This document shows positions 49,239-57,308 of a stretch of DNA of 64,000 nucleotides, piece after piece. Both the position numbers and the translations under genes were made by a program. Every line of letters starts with the position of its first letter. Within the stretch, counting starts at the first letter, position 1. The stretch comes from a virus, in the IMG/VR virus record IMGVR_UViG_3300030430_004105, positions 19,219-83,218 of that record; one strand, 5' to 3'. The notes beneath the pieces are model-generated. The model did no database searches and was not told where the DNA came from. It saw nothing but the letters and a program-made list of their open reading frames with translations.

Positions 49239-50013
49239 CAATTTGTATAGTTTTTTCTGGTGATGTGGTTTCTAGCCCTATAGTTCTAGGGTGTGTATAT
49301 AATTCGTAATCGTTTCCATTCTGACTGCAACGATCTCCAATAAAATGTATGTTCCCATAATCTGAGAACGTGTTAGTCTTTTCTAGTACATAAGTCTTGT
49401 CCCATCCTATAGGAAATATATCAAACGAAGTGTCGCCACCATATTTCACTTTTAGTTCTACATCTGATGCTGACAAATCTCCTAGGTGTGAAACATGTTC
49501 GTATATTAGCGCTTTAAGTTGTTTGAGAAAAGGTTTTCTGATTTTATTATCTACATCTAACTTTTCCCACTTCTTTCTGTCTTCTAAGGATGCATTTCTT
49601 CCAATCGGACACCAATTAATTATACTTCCTCTGTAATCGAAGAAATGTCCAGTGAGAGGTATATTGTATTGCATTGTTAAGTCTCTTTGGAGTTCTATCA
49701 AAAGAAACATGAGGCGGTTCCAAAGTGCCTCACCCATATATTCCCTCATATTTCGCTCATAAACCGTTTCTCTGTTGAAGATATACTTTGTGCCATTGCA
49801 AGGCAGAAAATGGATTCTAGAGGTATCTACGAGGCTCAGATCAAACAATCCAGAGCACTGCTGTTTTACGTAGTTCATATCTGATCCTGTGATGATTCCA
49901 ATTTCATATCCAGATTCTTGGAGATTCTTAAGTTGTTGTTCCATTTGAATCCCCATTTTTTGCCTAGGCTCAGTCAGTGTGCCATCCATATCAAATAAAA
50001 CAATGTTCTTCAT
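49210..50013 (-). CDS. Eukaryote-type HAD phosphomannomutase (PMM/Sec53-like)
   Basis: LFDMDGTLTEPR, GSD, NG, NWCPIGRNA, SFDIFPIGWDKTY, FIGD....GNDYE. Confidence 0.9.
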   Translation of the reverse strand: MKNIVLFDMDGTLTEPRQKMGIQMEQQLKNLQESGYEIGIITGSDMNYVKQQCSGLFDLSLVDTSRIHFLPCNGTKYIFNRETVYERNMREYMGEALWNRLMFLLIELQRDLTMQYNIPLTGHFFDYRGSIINWCPIGRNASLEDRKKWEKLDVDNKIRKPFLKQLKALIYEHVSHLGDLSASDVELKVKYGGDTSFDIFPIGWDKTYVLEKTNTFSDYGNIHFIGDRCSQNGNDYELYTHPRTIGLETTSPEKTIQIVNKILHSIV

Positions 50014-50026
50014 AATTTCTCCACGT

Positions 50027-50058
50027 AAAAAAAAAGACAGTTTTTAAAGAGAACTGCC
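50027..50058 (-). terminator. Intrinsic terminator
   Basis: GGCAGTT-N9-AACTGTC followed by T9. Confidence 0.7.
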
Positions 50059-50075
50059 AAACTCAGGGGGGGTTA

Positions 50076-50246
50076 TTATTCTTCAGATGAAGATTCTTCA
50101 GGATCACCTTCTTCGCTTTCCTCAGCGGCGGTATCTTCCTCTTCCACTTCTTCAGCAGCCTCTTCGACTACCTCTTCTGCTTCTACACTTGTATCTTCTT
50201 CTTTATCTCCACAAGCAAAGAGCATAAACATTAAACTACTAATCAT
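50076..50246 (-). CDS. Small acidic lipoprotein
   Basis: MISSLMFMLFAC-GDKEEDT lipobox with a Glu-rich tail; GGAG RBS supports the 50246 start. Confidence 0.75.
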   Translation of the reverse strand: MISSLMFMLFACGDKEEDTSVEAEEVVEEAAEEVEEEDTAAEESEEGDPEESSSEE

Positions 50247-50484
50247 TATTTTCTCCTTCAACAATAGTTGTATTTTCCTCAGTCGTTTCAGTTACGACTG
50301 GTTCTTCTGCTGTGATTTCATTCTTTACTTCAACCATTTTAGTTGTTGTTTCAGCAGTAGTGTTTGTAGTATTCTCTACAGTATTGACTTCTTCAGTGGT
50401 ATTAGTGGTGGCAGTAGTTGCAGTTGCCTGCTCTTTGTCTCCACATCCAATCAAGAACGTCAGTGCTAATAATTTAGTTTTCAT
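50239..50484 (-). CDS. Small Thr/Glu-rich lipoprotein
   Basis: MKTKLLALTFLIGC-GDKEQ lipobox. Confidence 0.8.
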   Translation of the reverse strand: MKTKLLALTFLIGCGDKEQATATTATTNTTEEVNTVENTTNTTAETTTKMVEVKNEITAEEPVVTETTEENTTIVEGENND

Positions 50485-50503
50485 TGTTTCTCCTTTCTAT
50501 ATT

Positions 50504-50533
50504 ATTATACGTTTGAACAGATGATTTTATTCA
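50504..50533 (-). promoter_or_regulatory. Class-I promoter TGAATAAA-N9-TCAAACG-TATAAT
   Basis: Consensus copy upstream of the lipoprotein pair. Confidence 0.85.
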
Positions 50534-50646
50534 TCTTTTTCTAATCTTGCCATTAAGATTTTTATGTACTGGATCATGTCTTCGATAATTTCCTTATCTT
50601 CAGTCCCAGCATAATCAAATTTAAGGTGCTGAATTTTCTTCAACAC
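50527..50646 (-). CDS. Small hypothetical protein (39 aa, not in the ORF track)
   Basis: GGAG RBS, GTG start, MLKKIQHLKFDYAGTEDKEIIEDMIQYIKILMARLEKDE; fills the gap exactly. Confidence 0.55.
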   Translation of the reverse strand: MLKKIQHLKFDYAGTEDKEIIEDMIQYIKILMARLEKDE

Positions 50647-50656
50647 CGTACTCCAT

Positions 50657-51622
50657 TTAAGCCACAATTTTTGATTCTGTCGATTCACCGTGTAACTCCA
50701 AGTATTTAAGAACAGTAAGTTCTTTCATCTTTGCTTCAACCATAACATCTAGCAAAACCCCATAAGTATCTATCTTGCGATAAATGTAGTCAGAATGTGC
50801 TTGAGGTTTTATAGAATTGTCACAAAACTCATCACGTCTAGACTCAGAGTAATGAACTACAGGTACAATGTCGCCCCAAGTTGAAGCCGCTAACTTAACT
50901 GCCTCTTCTTGCGATAAGCCGCCAGTGCAGAAGCCGTGGTGATGGTAGTCATGCACAATAGGAGTACCGATACGTGCATAAACTTCGTCGTAAAGTTCCT
51001 TTGTTGAGTATAATGTTGCTTTGTCATCGTTTTCCACCGTTAGTCTAGAACGCACACTTTCAGATAATCGCTCAAAGTTTCTACAGAAATTGTCCAATGC
51101 CATCTTTCGATTGTTATAGTGTGCGCCAACATGAATGTTGAGTTTAGCATATGGAGAGCGCTCCAAGCAAAGCAGATCAAATACCTTACCATGATTCTCA
51201 AGATCTTTGATAGTATTGAGAATGACTTGCTCATTAGGAGACGTCAGTTTATTGAACGGGCCGGGATGGGATGTGACTCGCATGCCGTTATCCTCAATAA
51301 ATAGTCCACAATCAAATAAAGCCTGCTCGATAAGGTTGAACTGAGGTAAGTCCTCAATGTTGTATTCTGATGCCCATGGGAACATATTAGACGATAGCCG
51401 AAAGAAATCGAAACCATTCGCCTTGTTCCATTTCAGAATTGTAAGAAGATCACGACAGTTCTGAAGTGCAAGTTGCCCAGCATACTCCATACCTTTAGCC
51501 TTGAATGTCTTCTTGATCATTGCACGGTTTGTAGTAACACGCTCCGCTTTTGGATTTGATCCATAGTTTTTTGGATCGTTGAGTTGCATGTTGATACATG
51601 CATAACCTAAATTGTTAATCAT
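50657..51622 (-). CDS. uvsE: UV-damage endonuclease (UvsE/UVDE)
   Basis: LGYACIN, FFRLSS, SHPG, NIHVG, LTVENDD, DYHHH, HYSES, AHSDY, MVEAK.KE. Start moved to 51622 because a promoter occupies 51650-51679. Confidence 0.93.
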   Translation of the reverse strand: MINNLGYACINMQLNDPKNYGSNPKAERVTTNRAMIKKTFKAKGMEYAGQLALQNCRDLLTILKWNKANGFDFFRLSSNMFPWASEYNIEDLPQFNLIEQALFDCGLFIEDNGMRVTSHPGPFNKLTSPNEQVILNTIKDLENHGKVFDLLCLERSPYAKLNIHVGAHYNNRKMALDNFCRNFERLSESVRSRLTVENDDKATLYSTKELYDEVYARIGTPIVHDYHHHGFCTGGLSQEEAVKLAASTWGDIVPVVHYSESRRDEFCDNSIKPQAHSDYIYRKIDTYGVLLDVMVEAKMKELTVLKYLELHGESTESKIVA

Positions 51623-51649
51623 TTTAACCCCCGTTGTTTGATTACACTG

Positions 51650-51679
51650 TTTATACGTTTGAGAATTCAATTATATTCA
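51650..51679 (-). promoter_or_regulatory. Class-I promoter TGAATATA-N9-TCAAACG-TATAAA
   Basis: Motif copy upstream of uvsE. Confidence 0.8.
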
Positions 51680-51681
51680 AA

Positions 51682-51786
51682 TTATCTGTCGCCCCATATT
51701 TTCCAATATTCTTCTTCGTCGTCTGATCCGTGACAATCGCATGGATTACATTCGCACACTGGACATTTTTCTTCATTTGCATTCAT
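51682..51786 (-). CDS. Tiny Cys-rich peptide (CPVCECNPCDC)
   Basis: MNANEEKCPVCECNPCDCHGSDDEEEYWKIWGDR; GAGG/GGA upstream. Confidence 0.55.
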   Translation of the reverse strand: MNANEEKCPVCECNPCDCHGSDDEEEYWKIWGDR

Positions 51787-51925
51787 TTTTATTCCATTCC
51801 TCACAAAGATTTTTGGCTGTAGCATAATTGTGACACGGATGCTCTTCTTTTTTAAAGGTGTCATATACACTGTATTTGCCTAAGTATTTTGTTGAATCTA
51901 TTATTATGTATCTTTTGTCGCTCAT
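51773..51925 (-). CDS. Small hypothetical protein (50 aa, not in the ORF track)
   Basis: ATGA overlap with the upstream gene; MSDKRYIIIDSTKYLGKYSVYDTFKKEEHPCHNYATAKNLCEEWNKNECK. Confidence 0.55.
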   Translation of the reverse strand: MSDKRYIIIDSTKYLGKYSVYDTFKKEEHPCHNYATAKNLCEEWNKNECK

Positions 51926-52269
51926 TCTCTCTCCCAAGTTTTAATTTCGTAGCCAAATTCTTTGAGACATCTTTTGTACTGATTCATATCAATGCCTAGT
52001 AACCTAGCAGCCTCAGAATTATTGGAGGCAATACCAATTATAGAGTTTACCAACGCCTCCGAAACAATCTTATGAAAAGATTTCCAAAGAGGAAAGTTGA
52101 AAAACTTAAAGTTTAGAGATCTCATAATAGTTTCTAGTTTAATGCTAATAATATCTTCTAATGATAATGACTCAATATAATATACGAATTGATCGTCTAT
52201 TTTATTCAAACTTTTTAGTTCTGATATTTTAGAATAGTTTTTATAATATAGTTCTTTTGATTCTTTCAT
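51922..52269 (-). CDS. Protein with a C-terminal Fis-type HTH
   Basis: NNSEAARLLGIDMNQYKRCLKEFG. Confidence 0.65.
   Translation of the reverse strand: MKESKELYYKNYSKISELKSLNKIDDQFVYYIESLSLEDIISIKLETIMRSLNFKFFNFPLWKSFHKIVSEALVNSIIGIASNNSEAARLLGIDMNQYKRCLKEFGYEIKTWERE
52179..52208 (-). promoter_or_regulatory. Degenerate class-I promoter (intragenic)
   Basis: TGAATAAA-N9-CAATTCG-TATATT. Confidence 0.5.
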
Positions 52270-52311
52270 AATACTTTAAATAGATTATATATAATATTAT
52301 ATATTAATATA

Positions 52312-53217
52312 TTAGAGTTCTAAATCACCTAAATCAACTTCCAACTCTTCATCTCCTCCAACATCATCAGTGCCGCCACCTTCATCACTTAATTTAGTTT
52401 CAGCATCATCAATTGCTTGCTGTGCATCGGCTGGGATGTCTGCTTTAGGTTCGTTTGAAAGTCCTGCTTCAAATTGCTTGAAATACATGCTCAGGTTAGC
52501 GATTAAGAACCTTTTGAACTCTGTTTGATCTGCAGGGTTGCCTAGTGTATCGTAAGCCGTTTTAATGCTATTCTCGATCTTTTTAAATGCCAAGTCTGCT
52601 CTTCTAACACCAGTAGCATCTTGCTTCATATCAATTGCAGCAGCATTCTCAGAATCTTCACGAGCCTGTTCTTTTTCCTTTTCCATCTCGTCCCTCTTAG
52701 GGCCGACGATCTTGTCTTCCGGAGGATCTTCATCATCAATAGTGATTTGGATATCTGGCTCTTCTTGTTCGAATAGTCTATGTAGGCTTTCGTTAATAGA
52801 TTCTTCGTCTCTTCCGATTTCTTCTTGCTTGAATAAATCTAGAACTAGTTCCATAATTCTTTCTTTGTAATCTCTTCTCTGTTCATAAGAAGTTGTTAGT
52901 ATTTTGTAGTCACCCTCAAGGACACTTAGTAAGTTAGTGTTAGAGAAAAGATCTTCAAGGGCATTCATTCCGGTAGTCTTGTGAACAAATGTAGTCTTTT
53001 TACCTTCGGTAAGTTCGATAGCAACACTAGCAAACTCTTTTCTCAATTTGGCTCTATATATCTTTTCTGCAATCAATTGCTTCTTCATTTTGTTTTCTTG
53101 GAGAACTTTGAATTCACCCAACTTCTTTCTAATTTGAGAACGGTAAACCTTCTCAGCAAGTATTTGCTTTTCGATACTCTCGAATAAATCTTCTCTTTTC
53201 ATAAATATTTTCTCCAA
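52312..53217 (-). CDS. Acidic hypothetical protein, candidate internal head protein
   Basis: Repeated QILAEKVYRSQIRK / QLIAEKIYRAKLRK; acidic linkers. Confidence 0.75.
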   Translation of the reverse strand: MEKIFMKREDLFESIEKQILAEKVYRSQIRKKLGEFKVLQENKMKKQLIAEKIYRAKLRKEFASVAIELTEGKKTTFVHKTTGMNALEDLFSNTNLLSVLEGDYKILTTSYEQRRDYKERIMELVLDLFKQEEIGRDEESINESLHRLFEQEEPDIQITIDDEDPPEDKIVGPKRDEMEKEKEQAREDSENAAAIDMKQDATGVRRADLAFKKIENSIKTAYDTLGNPADQTEFKRFLIANLSMYFKQFEAGLSNEPKADIPADAQQAIDDAETKLSDEGGGTDDVGGDEELEVDLGDLEL

Positions 53218-53221
53218 AACT

Positions 53222-53251
53222 TGAATAAAGTAATTAGTTCAAACGTATAAT
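53222..53251 (+). promoter_or_regulatory. Consensus class-I promoter in antisense orientation
   Basis: TGAATAAA-GTAATTAGT-TCAAACG-TATAAT on the + strand. Confidence 0.75.
53231..53238 (-). promoter_or_regulatory. Putative late promoter (ACTAATTA)
   Basis: Upstream of the 53217 gene; embedded in the spacer of the antisense promoter. Confidence 0.55.
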
Positions 53252-55933
53252 ATTATGTAGGACTTTCTCAACCAAATCGGTTATGATATCGTCCTTATCA
53301 TAATAGGGGGCTCGTTTGTCGGTATATGTACTGTCAATTTTAAATCTGTTCTTGACGTGTTTTTTAAATCCTGCGTCACTAACATTACCATCAGTACCGT
53401 CGTATTTGCCACTTGGTATAACTCTGACTGTCATGTATGATGATCCTCTTGGGTTTTGTATTGGCAATTCTGACGGGTGGTATTTGGCTTCTTTGACGTC
53501 ATCATCTTCATCGTCGTCCCTGTTTGGTTCAGGTTTAGATCCACCTATATGCACGGCTCCACTAGCCATAGTAGACGTTTCGTCTAGTTGCTCTGCCAAG
53601 ATCGATCTAACCATATCCTGAATAACAGTTATCGACTCTCTCACTTCTCCAGAGCCAAAAATAATACGAAGATAGTCTTCGAGGTTTTGCCCTACGAAGT
53701 CTTTGAGAAGTGAATCTACTGGGAGGTTATAAACTTTTTTCAAATCTAAAAGCAGTCTGAGATCAGTAGCACTAAAGTTATTCTTATCTAATCCGCTTGG
53801 TGTAGACTTCATAAACTTTGCAACTTTCTTTTGGTTTGATTTTGACAACACAGAAATATAATCTTGAACAGATGCATTAGCAGGTAACTTCTTTTGTCCT
53901 CTTGACGAGACAAGTCCTTTAGCAAGTTCTAACGCTTTTAATTCAATATCATCTGATATTTGTTGAATCAAGTCAGCAGAATTAGACATTAACTCAGCAA
54001 TAGATTGTGCATATTCAGGATCATGGTTAAAAGCAGGTACTAATTTTATTTCTACGTTATCCATATCTTCGTAAAATGAAAATCTTCCCATAGATCCCGG
54101 ATCATTTCTTTCTTTCTCTGACATTGCTAAGAAAAACTTTGAATACTCTTCAGGATAGAAATCGACGTCTTCATAGTTGTTTCTTTGATCTGCTGGTTGC
54201 ATAATTTCTGCTAATGCAGTGATAGGAGATGGACTTGGGCTGGATGACTCTACGACTTTAATATTACCAGATGCACCTTTCAATAGGAGATTCCAAAGTT
54301 CAATGGCTTTTTCATATGACACTTCGGTGCCGGAAAAAGGTAACAATCTTTTGGAGCCCTTTGGCGCAGATACAAAAATCAGAACCTCGTCTGCAATACC
54401 CGAAAGATGCTCAGCCATTAGTAGATGTCCTTTGTGTGGAGGCTTAAAAGAGCCCGGCATAACAGCAACTGTTCTAGTTCCTGTAGTAGTTACTATTGTT
54501 TGTTCTTCTGGTTCATCACCTAATTCACCTTCTACTGTATCTTGTAGTTCAGTTGACTCATTAACTGCTTTAGGTTTCCTTTGCATAGCCAAAGCAAGGT
54601 TACTTCCCATCCCATCTCTAATAAAATCACCAGTAATTTTTATTGGCTTGTCAACACCAAATAAATCTTTCGAACGCATTACAATACCTTCGTGACTGGT
54701 TAGAGCCTCATTTCCTACTTTTGATTTATTAACCAAAGTCTGTAGAACCGCTCTTCCAAGTAATCTAGTTGCGTGATAGAATACAGCACCAGATGCGAAA
54801 TCATAATATATGTCATCGTCTAAATCTGGGTGCGCCTCTTCGCTGAGAAGTTCTCTGATAGAGTACTGTTGCTCTCCTTGATCAGGTATCAAGGCTATAT
54901 AATTTGCTTTACTAAAACTAGATCTCACCTTACCATCAGAAAACGTGTATCTAGTTGAATATGATGGCTTCTCGATGTTTGTGTCATTTAACCAAGCAGA
55001 CAATGCTTGCGATGTAGACGTTTGTGAGTCCAATTTTATCTCTATAATCGTTCCTAGGACTTGAGTATAGTCAATGTCCACCTCACCTTTCATAGCCACT
55101 GTATCAAAGGGTGAGAGCGCTCTAAAGCCCTCTACGGTATTAGTCTCGTTAATGATCTTCACTAACTCATTCAGTGCAGCCTTTTGTTGATCATTGATTC
55201 TGATTTCTTTTGTTTTTCTTGTAGTCTTGCCTTCAGGGCTGTATATTTCGTTTAGTCCGTGAAAAGCAATGAAGTCTTCTCCGTATTTAACAGAGCCAAC
55301 TTGCCCATCAGGCTTTGAAGATTCATGAACAATATCATTGTTAAGACATACATTGGGATTATTCCACATGTCTAATACTCTTAGAACTGCTTCCATTTCT
55401 TGTGGTTTTGAATTTAGAGCATTGTTGAGGACAGTAAGGGCTATAGTTCCATCGTTCACAAAACCGTGTCCAGATGTGATCTTCTTTATGATCACGGGCT
55501 TTTTCTTCTTTCTGTGAATGATTGTTAGGTTAGTCCCAATATTTAGTTTGTCCATTGGTATACCCATGGCAACCAATTTGTGTAGAGGAATCTCCAATAC
55601 CTCATCAGTATCAAGTGCCTGTAAGACAGCCTTTTCGAATCTTTCTTTAAGTCTATCCGCAGTAACTCCTTCAACATCAATAGAAGCCCTAGACATTCTA
55701 TCAATAGCAAACTCTTTCTCGCCGGAGTTATTAACAACTAACCTGATCGGCCCGTTGATGCCATCAATCTTGATAGAAGGCGTAAATTTGTTTATATATT
55801 GCTCTGGGAGTCCCGGATTACCATCTTTACCAATAAAGAACTCTAACAAGTCTTTACCGTTCTGAACACTGTCCAGATCAAACGGATGCCACATATGCCC
55901 AACCGGGCCTTCCATCAATAATTGTCTGATCAT
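53234..55933 (-). CDS. Fusion of a ligase-type nucleotidyltransferase-like domain and a HIGH-motif nucleotidyltransferase
   Basis: GHMWHPFD, KIDG (motif I), HEGIV (IV), KITGDF (V); then PGSFKPPHKGH...SATDLR. Confidence 0.7.
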   Translation of the reverse strand: MIRQLLMEGPVGHMWHPFDLDSVQNGKDLLEFFIGKDGNPGLPEQYINKFTPSIKIDGINGPIRLVVNNSGEKEFAIDRMSRASIDVEGVTADRLKERFEKAVLQALDTDEVLEIPLHKLVAMGIPMDKLNIGTNLTIIHRKKKKPVIIKKITSGHGFVNDGTIALTVLNNALNSKPQEMEAVLRVLDMWNNPNVCLNNDIVHESSKPDGQVGSVKYGEDFIAFHGLNEIYSPEGKTTRKTKEIRINDQQKAALNELVKIINETNTVEGFRALSPFDTVAMKGEVDIDYTQVLGTIIEIKLDSQTSTSQALSAWLNDTNIEKPSYSTRYTFSDGKVRSSFSKANYIALIPDQGEQQYSIRELLSEEAHPDLDDDIYYDFASGAVFYHATRLLGRAVLQTLVNKSKVGNEALTSHEGIVMRSKDLFGVDKPIKITGDFIRDGMGSNLALAMQRKPKAVNESTELQDTVEGELGDEPEEQTIVTTTGTRTVAVMPGSFKPPHKGHLLMAEHLSGIADEVLIFVSAPKGSKRLLPFSGTEVSYEKAIELWNLLLKGASGNIKVVESSSPSPSPITALAEIMQPADQRNNYEDVDFYPEEYSKFFLAMSEKERNDPGSMGRFSFYEDMDNVEIKLVPAFNHDPEYAQSIAELMSNSADLIQQISDDIELKALELAKGLVSSRGQKKLPANASVQDYISVLSKSNQKKVAKFMKSTPSGLDKNNFSATDLRLLLDLKKVYNLPVDSLLKDFVGQNLEDYLRIIFGSGEVRESITVIQDMVRSILAEQLDETSTMASGAVHIGGSKPEPNRDDDEDDDVKEAKYHPSELPIQNPRGSSYMTVRVIPSGKYDGTDGNVSDAGFKKHVKNRFKIDSTYTDKRAPYYDKDDIITDLVEKVLHNIIRLN

Positions 55934-55943
55934 ATTATATTCC

Positions 55944-57308
55944 TTATTTTAGTTTTAATATTTGTTCCATTAAGTTTCTGACATCCCGACGGAAAGATTC
56001 GTTCTTTTCTTTGTCATCTTTCTTCTTGGCTTGATCTTTCATGGACTTTTCAATAGCCTTTCCTCTTTTCTTTTCGTATCCAGAGAGTTTGCCATCTTTA
56101 TCTAAATCAGCCTTTTCAGGGTTTTCTAGTTCTTCGTTCTCGTATATGGGGGCATCTTTTTTCATAGTTTGAGATGCTGCCACGTCGAATATTTCTTCTG
56201 CTTCATAAGATTCAAGTTTAGGACGTACAGCAAATTCTTCATATTCACCGTCTTCTCTCATCACTGCCAGATTTAAATTCAGTACTCCATTGGGCTGCAA
56301 ACTGTTATTACCAAAAGGAATCACCGATATCGATCCGGCTATTTGTCCCGTTGAGGTTCCAGCGGATCCATAATATTTCATTGATTCTTCGACTTCATCT
56401 TTCTTCTTGCCTTTCTTCTTGTCGTCATCACGATTTCCAGTATTGCAGTGCATTTCTTCGACTTTCTTTTTTGCTTTCTTAACTTTCGGGTGTTTTTTCT
56501 CATCTTCATTTCCATCTTCATCTCTGTTTCCTGAATGCTCAGACTCGTTAAAAGCCTGAAGAACTTCAAGTTCATTGATAGAGACATTTCTCTTGATAGT
56601 TCCATCTCTAAAGCGAATATCATATTCAGTCACTTCTTGCAATTGCTCGTCCCAGTTATGATCTACTGTATAGGCTTCTTCACCTTCGTGCACTACGTGA
56701 TGGGCGCAGTAATGGTTGGGAGCAAATATTCTATCCGCACCTTCTTCAAGATCGTATTCCTTTTTCTTTCCACCGAAATTGAACTTCTCCATCAACAATT
56801 TGTTAAGTTCATTATTTTTGTTAGTTTTATATTTTCTCATTTTATTACTTCTCCTTTTAAATGAATTTTGTCGATGGATGGATTCCATCATTTGTCTTTT
56901 ATAACCGTCTTCCCAGTCACGGAAACACATATTACCCTTTAAATAGGCTTCTTTTTCCATATTTCTCAAATGTTGATCATTCTGTGCATAACCTTCTCCA
57001 ACAGCCCCAATCTTATCGAATTCACCTCTGAGATTTTGTCCGTGGTGGATTAACTCATGGGCAATAGATCTAAGTATGTCTTTAGGGTGCCTATTCGTCA
57101 CGTAGACAGTCACTGCTTTGTTTTGGGGATCATAGTAGGCTGTCCTCCCTAGAAGGACGTCAGCGTTATCCTCGTCGTCCTGAAGGGTAATACTGGGCAT
57201 GGACTTGAACCCAACCTTCTGCTGAACTGAGGAAGCCAAATCATCAATAAGAGGATTAAGATCCTTCAAGTTCATATTTGAGTTATTTCGAATTTTACAT
57301 TTCATCAT
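55944..57308 (-). CDS. Modular protein with an N-terminal HEXXH zincin-like domain
   Basis: RHPKDILRSIAHELIHHGQ...EKEAY; further modules HYCAHHV and DLDKDGKLSGYE. Confidence 0.75.
   Translation of the reverse strand: MMKCKIRNNSNMNLKDLNPLIDDLASSVQQKVGFKSMPSITLQDDEDNADVLLGRTAYYDPQNKAVTVYVTNRHPKDILRSIAHELIHHGQNLRGEFDKIGAVGEGYAQNDQHLRNMEKEAYLKGNMCFRDWEDGYKRQMMESIHRQNSFKRRSNKMRKYKTNKNNELNKLLMEKFNFGGKKKEYDLEEGADRIFAPNHYCAHHVVHEGEEAYTVDHNWDEQLQEVTEYDIRFRDGTIKRNVSINELEVLQAFNESEHSGNRDEDGNEDEKKHPKVKKAKKKVEEMHCNTGNRDDDKKKGKKKDEVEESMKYYGSAGTSTGQIAGSISVIPFGNNSLQPNGVLNLNLAVMREDGEYEEFAVRPKLESYEAEEIFDVAASQTMKKDAPIYENEELENPEKADLDKDGKLSGYEKKRGKAIEKSMKDQAKKKDDKEKNESFRRDVRNLMEQILKLK

Noticed and set aside
51623-51670. 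N-terminal extension of UvsE given in the ORF track
   Set aside because: It overlaps a class-I promoter; ATG 51622 has a G-rich RBS and matches the family start.
52285-52314. 30-bp pure A/T tract as a replication origin
   Set aside because: It is a short intergenic spacer with no iterons or other support.
56070-56115. EF-hand calcium-binding protein (DLDKDGKLSGYE)
   Set aside because: It is a single isolated loop in a modular protein, insufficient for a functional call.
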